Shown here piece after piece: positions 1-9,065 of a DNA stretch of 64,000 nt. The stretch covers positions 49,199 through 113,198 of the IMG/VR virus record IMGVR_UViG_3300025093_000011; one strand, 5' to 3'. Made by a program: the position numbers and the translations under genes. The stretch is from a virus. The notes under the pieces are model-generated. The model did not search any database and was not told the DNA's origin. It saw only the letters and a program-made list of their open reading frames with translations. Numbering within the stretch: position 1 is the first letter of the stretch; each line of letters starts with the position of its first letter.

Positions 1-1503
1 CCTGCAGAAAATGAAGCAGATGATTATTATCAAAATTTATTTCAAAGATTAAAAGATATAGATCAACAGAAGTCTGTTGAACCACAAACACTATATGATC
101 CTGTAACAGGACAACCAATGTCTCAGTCATCTAATCCTGCTTCAACATTTAGAGATCTTAGAACTCCTTATGATATACAACAGCAAGAACTAAGAGATGC
201 TGAAACTGCTGATTATGAAACTGTTACACAACCTTTTATGCAAGAAAACTTTCCCATAGTAACAGGTGTTGTTGATCAAATAGGAGATGGGGCAAAATTT
301 ATTGCAGATGAAGTTGAAGATGTTGTTGATAAACTTCAAAAGACATCTATACTTCCAGGATATATAACAAATGATGCAGAAGCATTATATAATTTTGGAT
401 CACATATAGTAAATAAAGACTATGAAGCTTTAATAAATAATAAATATGGTCAAAAACTTGCTTTAAAAATTCTTGATCAAAATGAGAATCCTAATAAATA
501 TATGGGTCTTAGATTTAAAACATTAACTGATGTAGAACAACAATGGTTAAGAAGAGGTCTTGAAAAAGTAGGAGCAATTGATACTCCTGATTTTAAATTA
601 GGTAACGTTGCAGAAGAAGTTGTAGAAGAAACTCCTGCACCTGAAACTTTTACTAGAAGAATAGGTGATGTAAAAGATTCTTATGCACCTGAATATAACT
701 TAATGGCTTATAGAAATCAATGGGATAATGGTGAAGGATTTGTATATAAAACAGCTCCTACTAAACAACATAGAAAAGATTCTGATGAATATGAAGGTGT
801 ATTAGGTGTAGCTCACTTCTTATTAGATGCTAGTGTTGATTCTGAATATCCGTATAGTCATAAAAATAACGCAGCTTTTATTGAAAATGCAATTGCTAAT
901 GATGATTGGATACCTGCTTTTGAACAACTTGAAGGTAATAGGGTTAGATTAAAATATAAAAAACCTGATGATATTCTTGAAACAGATATAGTAAACACAC
1001 CATTAAGACAATTAAATTTTTCAGATATTGATTTTAAAACAGATCAAACTCCTAAAGGTTTTAAATCTAGTGTACATGAAGTAACTACTAAAGATGGAGA
1101 TGGAACTCTTTTATTATTTAAAAACAAAGATGGCTATTCTAGATTTAGTGGAGGTTCTGTAGTATTTATATTTGAAGATAAGTATGGTAACGTTATTGTT
1201 AGAGATTTTGCTGGTTCATTAAATAGTATTCAAAAAGAAGGAAACTCAATTACTAAACAATATAATCTTAAACCTGGACAACTTACTATTGGTTATCATG
1301 ATGTAGGTTCATTTAGTGCTAAACCAAAAGCTAATAAGAATAATGTTCTTAAAGCTAAACAATGGGAAGGTTATAATGATGCAGGGTATACAGGAGGAGC
1401 ATTGCTTATTCCAGCACCTGATGATGTTGAGCTTCTTAACCGTGAGTCTTTTAGATTCTTTGATCCTAAATATACTAATACGGGTCCTGATAATAAACCT
1501 TAA
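1..1503 (+). CDS. Virion-module protein, 5'-truncated (frame is open from position 1); function unknown
   Basis: Frame 1 has no stop from base 1 to the track's ATG at 118, so the gene begins before the window. Codon usage matches the downstream structural genes. Confidence 0.75.
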   Translation, partial: PAENEADDYYQNLFQRLKDIDQQKSVEPQTLYDPVTGQPMSQSSNPASTFRDLRTPYDIQQQELRDAETADYETVTQPFMQENFPIVTGVVDQIGDGAKFIADEVEDVVDKLQKTSILPGYITNDAEALYNFGSHIVNKDYEALINNKYGQKLALKILDQNENPNKYMGLRFKTLTDVEQQWLRRGLEKVGAIDTPDFKLGNVAEEVVEETPAPETFTRRIGDVKDSYAPEYNLMAYRNQWDNGEGFVYKTAPTKQHRKDSDEYEGVLGVAHFLLDASVDSEYPYSHKNNAAFIENAIANDDWIPAFEQLEGNRVRLKYKKPDDILETDIVNTPLRQLNFSDIDFKTDQTPKGFKSSVHEVTTKDGDGTLLLFKNKDGYSRFSGGSVVFIFEDKYGNVIVRDFAGSLNSIQKEGNSITKQYNLKPGQLTIGYHDVGSFSAKPKANKNNVLKAKQWEGYNDAGYTGGALLIPAPDDVELLNRESFRFFDPKYTNTGPDNKP

Positions 1504-1540
1504 AGGTTTAAACAATAAATTAAAATTTAGTATATTATAT
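1494..1540 (+). promoter_or_regulatory. Putative late promoter: palindrome TAAACCT-TAA-AGGTTTA followed by TTTAGTATATTATAT
   Basis: A near-identical palindrome and TATATT box precede the 9066 gene. The same 15-mer occurs on the - strand at 56441-56455. Confidence 0.5.
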
Positions 1541-1555
1541 ATAACTATTTAAATT

Positions 1556-4500
1556 ATGGCACAGAAGAAAAAATATAGAATATATAAAGCTGGTGGTCAG
1601 CATGGTAGAATAATAAATCCAACTGCAAAATTCTTAATGAAAGCAGAAGCTGGAATGCAACAACCTACTCCAGCTGAAATGATCATGATGCAAGAACAGC
1701 AGATGGGTCAACAGCCTATGGGAGCACCTTCTCCTGAAGAAATGCAAATGATGCAACAAGCTCAAGGTCAACCACCTATGCAAGGAATGCCACCTCAACC
1801 ATCAGATGAAGAAAGAATGATGATGGAAGCACAGCAAGAAATGCAAGAACTGATAATGTCTGTAAAAGAAGCTTTAGAAGTTGGAACATCTGTAGAAGAA
1901 ATTATTGAAGCTTTACAAGAAGATGGTCATAGCTCTGATAAAATAAAATTTGCACTAGTAGAATCTGGAATTTCAGAAGAAGAAGCTAATGTATTAGTTT
2001 CTCCTGATGAAGTTAAAACTCCTGATGCTCCAGAATTAGATATGGAAATGAAGGAAGAAGATGTTGAGGTTGAAGAAGTTCCGGAAGAAACTGATAGAGC
2101 TTTTGTAAAAAGAAGAGTTAAAGAACTTAAGAAAGCAAAAGAAGGTTTAGAAGCAAATAAAGATACTGAAGATGGATTAGATGTAAAAAATACTTTTAGA
2201 TCTAATACTTTTGATATACCAGAAGGTGGTAGAAAAGATTTAGTTTCAGGTTTTTTATCTGGTATAAATGATAGTGTTCAGACTCATCAGTTTGAGCAAC
2301 AAGCTGAAAATGAATTGATGCAAGCAAAGACTGGTAGAGAAATGCGTCAAGAAATGAGAGCTAATAGACAAGCTCTAAGAGAAAGAAGAAGAGCAGGTAG
2401 ACAAGCTAGAAGATATGGATTAGATCCTTTCTTATTTGCTGAAGAAGGTACATTTCATGGAGAAAAAGGACCTCTTGGTTTAGGACTTAGAAGTTTTGAT
2501 ATAACTTGGAAGAATGCTACTCCTATGCCATATCATTTTTATGACGGTATTACAAATCCTTTTTTTAATGGTAGAGGTTATTATACTAACGTTGCTAAAA
2601 AAATAATAGCTCCTGGAGAAGAATTGATTCAATCAGAAATTCAAGCAGAAGGTGATTCTAAAAATGTTGATGAAGGAACTACATTTACTTGGGATGATGT
2701 TGAGAAAGGAAAGGCTCCTGCAAAATCAGAATCTAGTAATAAACAAACTCATACTAGAAGACAAACTAATACAACAAATTATTGGCAAAGACGTCAAAAT
2801 CCAGCAAGTGCTAGTATTTCCAGTGTAAGTAATCCTTCTAATGATGATTTAAATACTTTGGGTGCATTGTTTGCAATGCAAAAAGATATACCTGGAGGAG
2901 AAAAAGATATGCTTAAATTTATGGAGTTAGCTCAGACTAATCCTAAGTATATAAACAATGTAAAGAAAACAGTAAAAGGTTGGAATGCTGTTAATAAACA
3001 ACAGGTAACCAAAACTAAAATTACTCCAACTAAAGTAGATGAACCAGGTATGCCGGCATGGATGCAAATGGGTCTGTCTGTTGCAGGAGCTACAACACTA
3101 TATAAGACTGCGGAATGGGTCTTTAGATCTGTTAAAGCTGGTAAACCTGTAAAACCTTCTATTTTAAAATGGTTACAATCAAAAGGAGTTACACCTCCTA
3201 AACCTGGAACAACTCAATCTTTTAACTCATGGCTTGATTCAAATAAAAGTTCAATAAAAAGTAAAAGTAAGCCTGCTGCTAAACCTACTGCTAAACCTAA
3301 AGTTAAACCTACTACACCTAAACCTAAAGTTAAAGCTAAAGCACCTAGTAAGTGGAATAAGTTTTTAAAAGGTTCAAAAAAGGTTATGAAAGGAGCTGTT
3401 AAGGGTATGAAAGGGATTAATCCATTGATGAATTTAGATATGTTTATTCCCGATCCAGAGATAATGAATATGATTATGGGTCGGAGTAGTGGGAGGCCAT
3501 CAGCCCAAATAGGTGGATTTGTAGATTCAACTAATCCTGACTTATATAAATTTATATATGGAGGAGATGAAGCTTACTCAGGTATTCCACAAGGAGAAGA
3601 TATAAATGATCCTTACATACCTTTTATGAAACATGGTGGTCCACATAATGATCAAATTAGAGTTGTAAAAGAAACTCTCTCAGGTCGGAGTCCATCATAT
3701 TATCATGGTTGGGATCAAATGCCTTATGCACTTAATGAAGATGGAACTCTTGCTTTTAGTGCTGAAGATGTTGCTGCAGCTAACAAAGCTTATTTTGAAG
3801 AAGGGGATGAAAGTAGATTAGGAGATGCTGCATTAAAAGCTTATCCTCATATAGGACCTCATCAACAAAGTATGAATGTAGTTTATGCAGATGCAAATAA
3901 TCCAGAAGCAGCTTTTGCAGCTGGAGACAGGTTTGGAGATAAAGAGCTTACTACAATGTATATGTCACCTGCATCTGCAAGAAATCCTGTAGGTTCTTAT
4001 GATCAACAACTTCAAGCATGGTCAATGAGTCAACCAAGAACAAATGTTGTACCAGATCAAGTTTTATATGATAATAAAAGTTTAGATTATTTTCCAGGTG
4101 AAACCAAAGGAGAATACTATGGTAGAATGGGTGGTCCTGAAACAGTTCAATACATGATAGATAAGTATGATATGAATCCTGAAGAGATGTATAATACAAA
4201 TCCTCTACCTAGTAGATTTAAAGATCCTAGTGCTAACATAGATCCTAATACAGGTAAAAGAGGTCCTGAAAAATACTATGATTGGGATACTGGTACTTGG
4301 ATAGAACCTTATTTAGAACCTAGACCTGTTGAAGAATATCCTAATATAGAAAGTTATGCAACTGGTGGACAACTAGATACATATCAAGGAGATGAGGGTG
4401 GTAATCAAATACCAAGAATAAGTGATCAAGCATTAGATTATATTCTTGATTATGAAGCTGCACATGGAAGTCCTCATGGATTAGGATTATCTAACTATGG

Positions 4501-6523
4501 TATTCAAGATAAATACAGAACACAATATCCAAACATACTTCCTGCATCAGGAGATATAAGTAGAGATCAAGCTAGACAGTTTTTACTATCTGATCAATTT
4601 AGATATGGAGACATGCAACAGTTTCCTTTAGATGTTCAAAGAAGATTACTTGATTACAGTTTTAACACTGGTAGAAACTTTGAAGATCTTTTACTTTTAG
4701 ATGCAGGTCTTACAGATATGGCTACAGTAGATAGTTCTGATCCAGCTGACATAGCTAAATTAAAAGAACTTTATACTGAAAATCAAGCAGATATATTAGC
4801 TAAGATGGGAGAAGAAGGTTATGCATCTCATTTAGATAAAAGTAAACATGATGTTTATAAAAGTTTAAATACAAGAAGAGGTTATGGCAGTGATCCTTCT
4901 AGCTATACTTATAAAGATAGTCCTTATGCAAGAACGTGGAGTCCTAGAATTGACATGTGGCAAGACTTTAAATTAAATGAAAAAGGTGAAGTTGTAGATC
5001 AAAATACAAATGAAGTTGTTGTAGATAAAGATGGTAATCAAACTACTACAACTACTACAACTACTAAAAAAAGAATGAGACCACAAGTAAGAGGATATAG
5101 ATATAATCCTACAGGTGGTGCATTCTTTACACAAGGTAATCCCCGATTTGATAGATATAATGCTTTTGGTAGAATAAATCCAGCCTTTGGAAAAAGACCT
5201 TCAATATTTAATACTCATACATACATGACACCTTTAAATGACTTTGCTAGAAACTTACCACCAGAAGCTCTTGCAAGTTTAATGAAGTCTGGTAAAGCTG
5301 GAGTAATAAAACGAGGCATGTTTAGAGGAAGAGATCCGGAAACAGGTCTAAGACTTCCTAAAAGAGAAGCTTATATACAGTGGGGTGATGGTGTAAATAC
5401 ACCTGAGCAAACTATAAGAGATCCTAAAACTGGTGAGATTTTAAACCGTGCAGGACTTAGACAAACTATCAGAGGTATCAAAGATGGCAACTATGGTAGA
5501 AAGGCTACAAGAAAAATGATACGTGGTGAAAGAAAAGCTTTTAGAGATGCTAGAAAAGCAAGAAGAAGAGGGTTTGGTGATGATTATAATTATAATGAAG
5601 ATTATACTCCAGAAATGGAAGAAGCAGCTAATGCAGAATGGGTTGAAAAGATGAATGCAGATAGAGATCGAAGATTAAATCCTGATGCAGGAGGAGATCA
5701 AAATGCACCATACTATGATAAAAGAGGTGAAGATATGAATCCATTAAATAGATTTACAGAAGAAGAAGCAGGAGGTTATAGTAAAGATATGGGTTCTGAT
5801 AATATGAGATACGGTGGTTTCTTTAATCATGGTGGAACTCATCCTGATCAGCAACCTAATCCATATGGTAATACACCTATGGGACAGGGACTTAATACTA
5901 TGATGAATATGTTTGGTAATAACAATAACATGCAGACTCAACTTCAATCATCTGCAAACTTTCAAGCAAATCCTCAGTTTACTCCTCAAAATACAGGAGC
6001 TAGTCCTCAGACAGGTGGTTCTAATTTCTCTTATTCAGCTGCTGCACCTCCAATGATAGATGAAAATAATAATGGAATACCTGATACTATAGAAAGACCT
6101 AGTGATGAACAACCAATGATAGGTCCTCAAAATAAACCTAAAGAAACTAAAGGAGGAAAAGCAAGATTTGCTATAGATAATGCTTATGATATTAATCTTT
6201 CAGAAACTGCTAATATGGGTAAAGATCTTTCTTATGATGTTATAAAGTTTGCTAACACTCTTGGAAGTTCTTCGGGAGAGAAAGATAGATTCAATTTAGG
6301 TTTAGATGATTCTATAAATTATGGTGAAGATTTAGGATTAAAGAAAGTTAATACTCAAGGTAAAGATCAAGTATACCAAGATAACCGTGCAGATGTACAA
6401 TATGTTTCAGCAAAGTATGGAGGTGACGTAAGTAATATGTATGAGGAAGGTGAAGAATATGATTTAACTTTAGAAGAGCTTGCTGAAATTTTAGCAAATG
6501 GAGGTAATGTAGAATTTTTATAA
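1556..6523 (+). CDS. Large internal virion (cargo) protein with a Q/M/P-rich N-terminus, repeated xxxGG motifs and a GH108-like lysozyme domain
   Basis: 1655-aa ORF. ILDYEAAHG...SNYGIQ...ISRDQARQF...LLDYSFNTG resembles Glyco_hydro_108. Lies upstream of the virion RNAP cluster. Confidence 0.7.
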   Translation: MAQKKKYRIYKAGGQHGRIINPTAKFLMKAEAGMQQPTPAEMIMMQEQQMGQQPMGAPSPEEMQMMQQAQGQPPMQGMPPQPSDEERMMMEAQQEMQELIMSVKEALEVGTSVEEIIEALQEDGHSSDKIKFALVESGISEEEANVLVSPDEVKTPDAPELDMEMKEEDVEVEEVPEETDRAFVKRRVKELKKAKEGLEANKDTEDGLDVKNTFRSNTFDIPEGGRKDLVSGFLSGINDSVQTHQFEQQAENELMQAKTGREMRQEMRANRQALRERRRAGRQARRYGLDPFLFAEEGTFHGEKGPLGLGLRSFDITWKNATPMPYHFYDGITNPFFNGRGYYTNVAKKIIAPGEELIQSEIQAEGDSKNVDEGTTFTWDDVEKGKAPAKSESSNKQTHTRRQTNTTNYWQRRQNPASASISSVSNPSNDDLNTLGALFAMQKDIPGGEKDMLKFMELAQTNPKYINNVKKTVKGWNAVNKQQVTKTKITPTKVDEPGMPAWMQMGLSVAGATTLYKTAEWVFRSVKAGKPVKPSILKWLQSKGVTPPKPGTTQSFNSWLDSNKSSIKSKSKPAAKPTAKPKVKPTTPKPKVKAKAPSKWNKFLKGSKKVMKGAVKGMKGINPLMNLDMFIPDPEIMNMIMGRSSGRPSAQIGGFVDSTNPDLYKFIYGGDEAYSGIPQGEDINDPYIPFMKHGGPHNDQIRVVKETLSGRSPSYYHGWDQMPYALNEDGTLAFSAEDVAAANKAYFEEGDESRLGDAALKAYPHIGPHQQSMNVVYADANNPEAAFAAGDRFGDKELTTMYMSPASARNPVGSYDQQLQAWSMSQPRTNVVPDQVLYDNKSLDYFPGETKGEYYGRMGGPETVQYMIDKYDMNPEEMYNTNPLPSRFKDPSANIDPNTGKRGPEKYYDWDTGTWIEPYLEPRPVEEYPNIESYATGGQLDTYQGDEGGNQIPRISDQALDYILDYEAAHGSPHGLGLSNYGIQDKYRTQYPNILPASGDISRDQARQFLLSDQFRYGDMQQFPLDVQRRLLDYSFNTGRNFEDLLLLDAGLTDMATVDSSDPADIAKLKELYTENQADILAKMGEEGYASHLDKSKHDVYKSLNTRRGYGSDPSSYTYKDSPYARTWSPRIDMWQDFKLNEKGEVVDQNTNEVVVDKDGNQTTTTTTTTKKRMRPQVRGYRYNPTGGAFFTQGNPRFDRYNAFGRINPAFGKRPSIFNTHTYMTPLNDFARNLPPEALASLMKSGKAGVIKRGMFRGRDPETGLRLPKREAYIQWGDGVNTPEQTIRDPKTGEILNRAGLRQTIRGIKDGNYGRKATRKMIRGERKAFRDARKARRRGFGDDYNYNEDYTPEMEEAANAEWVEKMNADRDRRLNPDAGGDQNAPYYDKRGEDMNPLNRFTEEEAGGYSKDMGSDNMRYGGFFNHGGTHPDQQPNPYGNTPMGQGLNTMMNMFGNNNNMQTQLQSSANFQANPQFTPQNTGASPQTGGSNFSYSAAAPPMIDENNNGIPDTIERPSDEQPMIGPQNKPKETKGGKARFAIDNAYDINLSETANMGKDLSYDVIKFANTLGSSSGEKDRFNLGLDDSINYGEDLGLKKVNTQGKDQVYQDNRADVQYVSAKYGGDVSNMYEEGEEYDLTLEELAEILANGGNVEFL

Positions 6524-6531
6524 TATTAAAT

Positions 6532-9000
6532 ATGCGAGTTAGAATAACAAAAGTACCAAGTAAGAATAAATTAGAAAAAGCTGCATATGGTGGTCAAACT
6601 GCCACAGGTGCTTTGAATGTAAATCCTACATCTTATTTTGGTGGTGGACGTGATAAAAGTAATTTATCTCAAGCAAGAACAGGAAAAACACTTACATCAA
6701 TTCCTAGAGATAAAGCTAATTTAGAAGCTGAAGGTGGAGAGACTGCATTTGGTCCTATATCAGGAGAAAGTATTCCAGATCATTATACTATAAAAGGTCC
6801 TAGACATAGTAATGGTGGAGTACCTTTAGATCTTCCGGATGATACATTTATCTTTAGTGACACTAAGTCAATGAAAATAACTGATCCAAGAATCTTAAAA
6901 ATGTTTGGGAAAAAAGCTAAGAAAGGAGGATACACTCCTGCTGAACTTGCTAAACCATATGACATAAATAAGTATAAGTCAATCTTAATGGATCCAGATT
7001 CTGATAGAAAAGAAAGAGAAACTGCTACATTAATGATCAAAAACTTTATTATAAAGCTTGGTGCTTTAGCTTTAGCTCAAGAATCTAAAAAAGGATTTCC
7101 CCAAGGTATTCCAGAAATGGCTAAACCTTACATGGAGTCAATAGGATTAAAAGAAGAAGATATATTACCACAGGAACAGGAAATGCAACCTGAACAAATG
7201 ATGGCTATGCAACAACAAGGTCCTCCTCCAGCTGCTCCTCCAGGTGCAATGGATCCTAACCAGATGGAAGAAGTATTGCAACAAGAACAGCAAATGATGC
7301 CACCTCAGATGGAACAGCCTATGCCTATGGCTAGATATGGTGGAACACCTATGGCTGCTTATGGTATGCAACTAGGAGGATATGATATGCCTTTTATCAT
7401 GGCTAATGGTGGTTATGCAGATATGTTACCATCTTATCAAGGAGACGAAGGTGGTAGTGAAGTAAGTAGTGAAGGTGGTATGTGTAGAGTTAAAATAGAT
7501 TTTGGTGGTAAACAAAATCCAGATGAAGGAGGAGGAACTGCAATAAGTGATTTTGATCAAGGAACTAGAGGTTATGTAACAATGCCTTGTTCTAAAGCTC
7601 GTGAACTTAAAGCTGCTCAGAAACAATACTATGAAGAAAAACAAAAGCTTCTTGATGCAGAGTTTGATGTAAAGAAAGGTATACTAGATCCAGCTACAGG
7701 AGATTATATTCCGTTTACTAGAAATCAAAGGAGAAGGGATCAAGCTAGAGTAACAGCAGGAGGAAAACAAACAGGTAATTATTTAGATCATGGATGGGGA
7801 GATCCTGCAGGTAACTTAGGTAATAGTTTTTCAGTAGATCAAGTAAATGCAATTGCTCCAGATTTTTATGATAGTTTAAAATCTCTAGCTACTTTACATA
7901 AAGAATATGTTCCAGATCAAAAAATTCCTGATCTAAGAGGAGAAAGTGAAATAGCTAATGATCCAGATGGTAATACTATAACATCTTTAGAAAATGCATT
8001 TGGTCCTAGACAATTTAGTCTTAACTATGAAATGGGAGAAATTGAAGATAATGAGTGTGTTTGTAAACATCCTCAAACAGGAGAAGTGTTACATACATGG
8101 CCAAAACCTGCAGATGGAGATTGTAGTTCAGAAGGACAACCTAAATGTGTTGTACAAGAAGATGAGAATGTAGAAATATTAGAAGATGAAATACAAGAAG
8201 AAGGAGAAACACCTCAGTATTCAGATGCAGCATTAAGAAATATGATTGCTCAAAAAACATATGATACTAGTGTTGATTATATGACTTCTCAAAGAATAGA
8301 TCCTAAAATGGGTAGACCTGCATTACAAGAGAGATATGATGCTGATATATTCTCAGCTCTTGCTAATCAAAACTTAGCAATAAATCAAGGTCCAGGTAGT
8401 GCATCACAAAAATTAATTCAAAGTTTATCAATGATGGATAAAGGTTTGAATGCAACTGGTGGTAGAAATAAAGCAACTACAGATTACAATATAAATGTAC
8501 TTAATACAGAAGGTGCTAGAAATAGGGCAAGGGAACAACAAGCAGCTGCTCAAAATGCACAACTGCAATTTAAAACAGATGCATATAATATAGGTCAAGG
8601 TGAAAAACAAAGAATTGCACAAAATGTAGTTAGACAAGCACAAGGTTTAGCATTAGCTGATGCAGAAAAAGAGTTAACACAAAAACTTATGTGGAATTAT
8701 CAAAATCCAAATTTCCCAATAGGTTATAAAAAAGGGGATCCAGGATTTATACCATCTTATAAAGTTAACCCTTATAAAACTAAAGGTGATCAAGATATAC
8801 TAAATGAATGTATGAGAACGTATGGTGCAGAAACTCAAGCATATAAAGATTGTGTAAAAATGAAAATGGATGCAAGAAATCCTAAGAATAAAAATAAAAC
8901 TACCAATACTAATACTACTACTGCTAATCAACAGCAGCCTCTTCTTAGAAATGGTGGTTATGTTTTAGCTAGTATGATGTATCCTTTTAATAACTATTAA
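6532..9000 (+). CDS. Internal virion (cargo) protein
   Basis: 822-aa ORF with an EAEGGE...GPRHSNGGV...FIFSD block of the kind seen in Bacteroidota phage virion proteins. Shares YQGDEGG and xxxGG motifs with the upstream protein. Confidence 0.7.
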   Translation: MRVRITKVPSKNKLEKAAYGGQTATGALNVNPTSYFGGGRDKSNLSQARTGKTLTSIPRDKANLEAEGGETAFGPISGESIPDHYTIKGPRHSNGGVPLDLPDDTFIFSDTKSMKITDPRILKMFGKKAKKGGYTPAELAKPYDINKYKSILMDPDSDRKERETATLMIKNFIIKLGALALAQESKKGFPQGIPEMAKPYMESIGLKEEDILPQEQEMQPEQMMAMQQQGPPPAAPPGAMDPNQMEEVLQQEQQMMPPQMEQPMPMARYGGTPMAAYGMQLGGYDMPFIMANGGYADMLPSYQGDEGGSEVSSEGGMCRVKIDFGGKQNPDEGGGTAISDFDQGTRGYVTMPCSKARELKAAQKQYYEEKQKLLDAEFDVKKGILDPATGDYIPFTRNQRRRDQARVTAGGKQTGNYLDHGWGDPAGNLGNSFSVDQVNAIAPDFYDSLKSLATLHKEYVPDQKIPDLRGESEIANDPDGNTITSLENAFGPRQFSLNYEMGEIEDNECVCKHPQTGEVLHTWPKPADGDCSSEGQPKCVVQEDENVEILEDEIQEEGETPQYSDAALRNMIAQKTYDTSVDYMTSQRIDPKMGRPALQERYDADIFSALANQNLAINQGPGSASQKLIQSLSMMDKGLNATGGRNKATTDYNINVLNTEGARNRAREQQAAAQNAQLQFKTDAYNIGQGEKQRIAQNVVRQAQGLALADAEKELTQKLMWNYQNPNFPIGYKKGDPGFIPSYKVNPYKTKGDQDILNECMRTYGAETQAYKDCVKMKMDARNPKNKNKTTNTNTTTANQQQPLLRNGGYVLASMMYPFNNY

Positions 9001-9044
9001 ACTTAAAAGGTTTAATAAACTTATAAAATGTTAATATATTTATA
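8998..9044 (+). promoter_or_regulatory. Putative late promoter: TAAACTT-AAA-AGGTTTA followed by TGTTAATATATTTATA
   Basis: Same layout as 1494-1540, located in a 65-bp intergenic gap. Confidence 0.5.
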
Positions 9045-9065
9045 ATTTAAAAAATATTTGATAAA

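Noticed and set aside
1130-1420. Possible phosphodiester-glycosidase-like motif in the first ORF
   Set aside because: The resemblance (HDVGS vs LDGGGS) is too weak to support.
5042-5065. ACT/ACA microsatellite-like run
   Set aside because: It encodes a Thr linker in frame, with no sign of a phase-variable tract.
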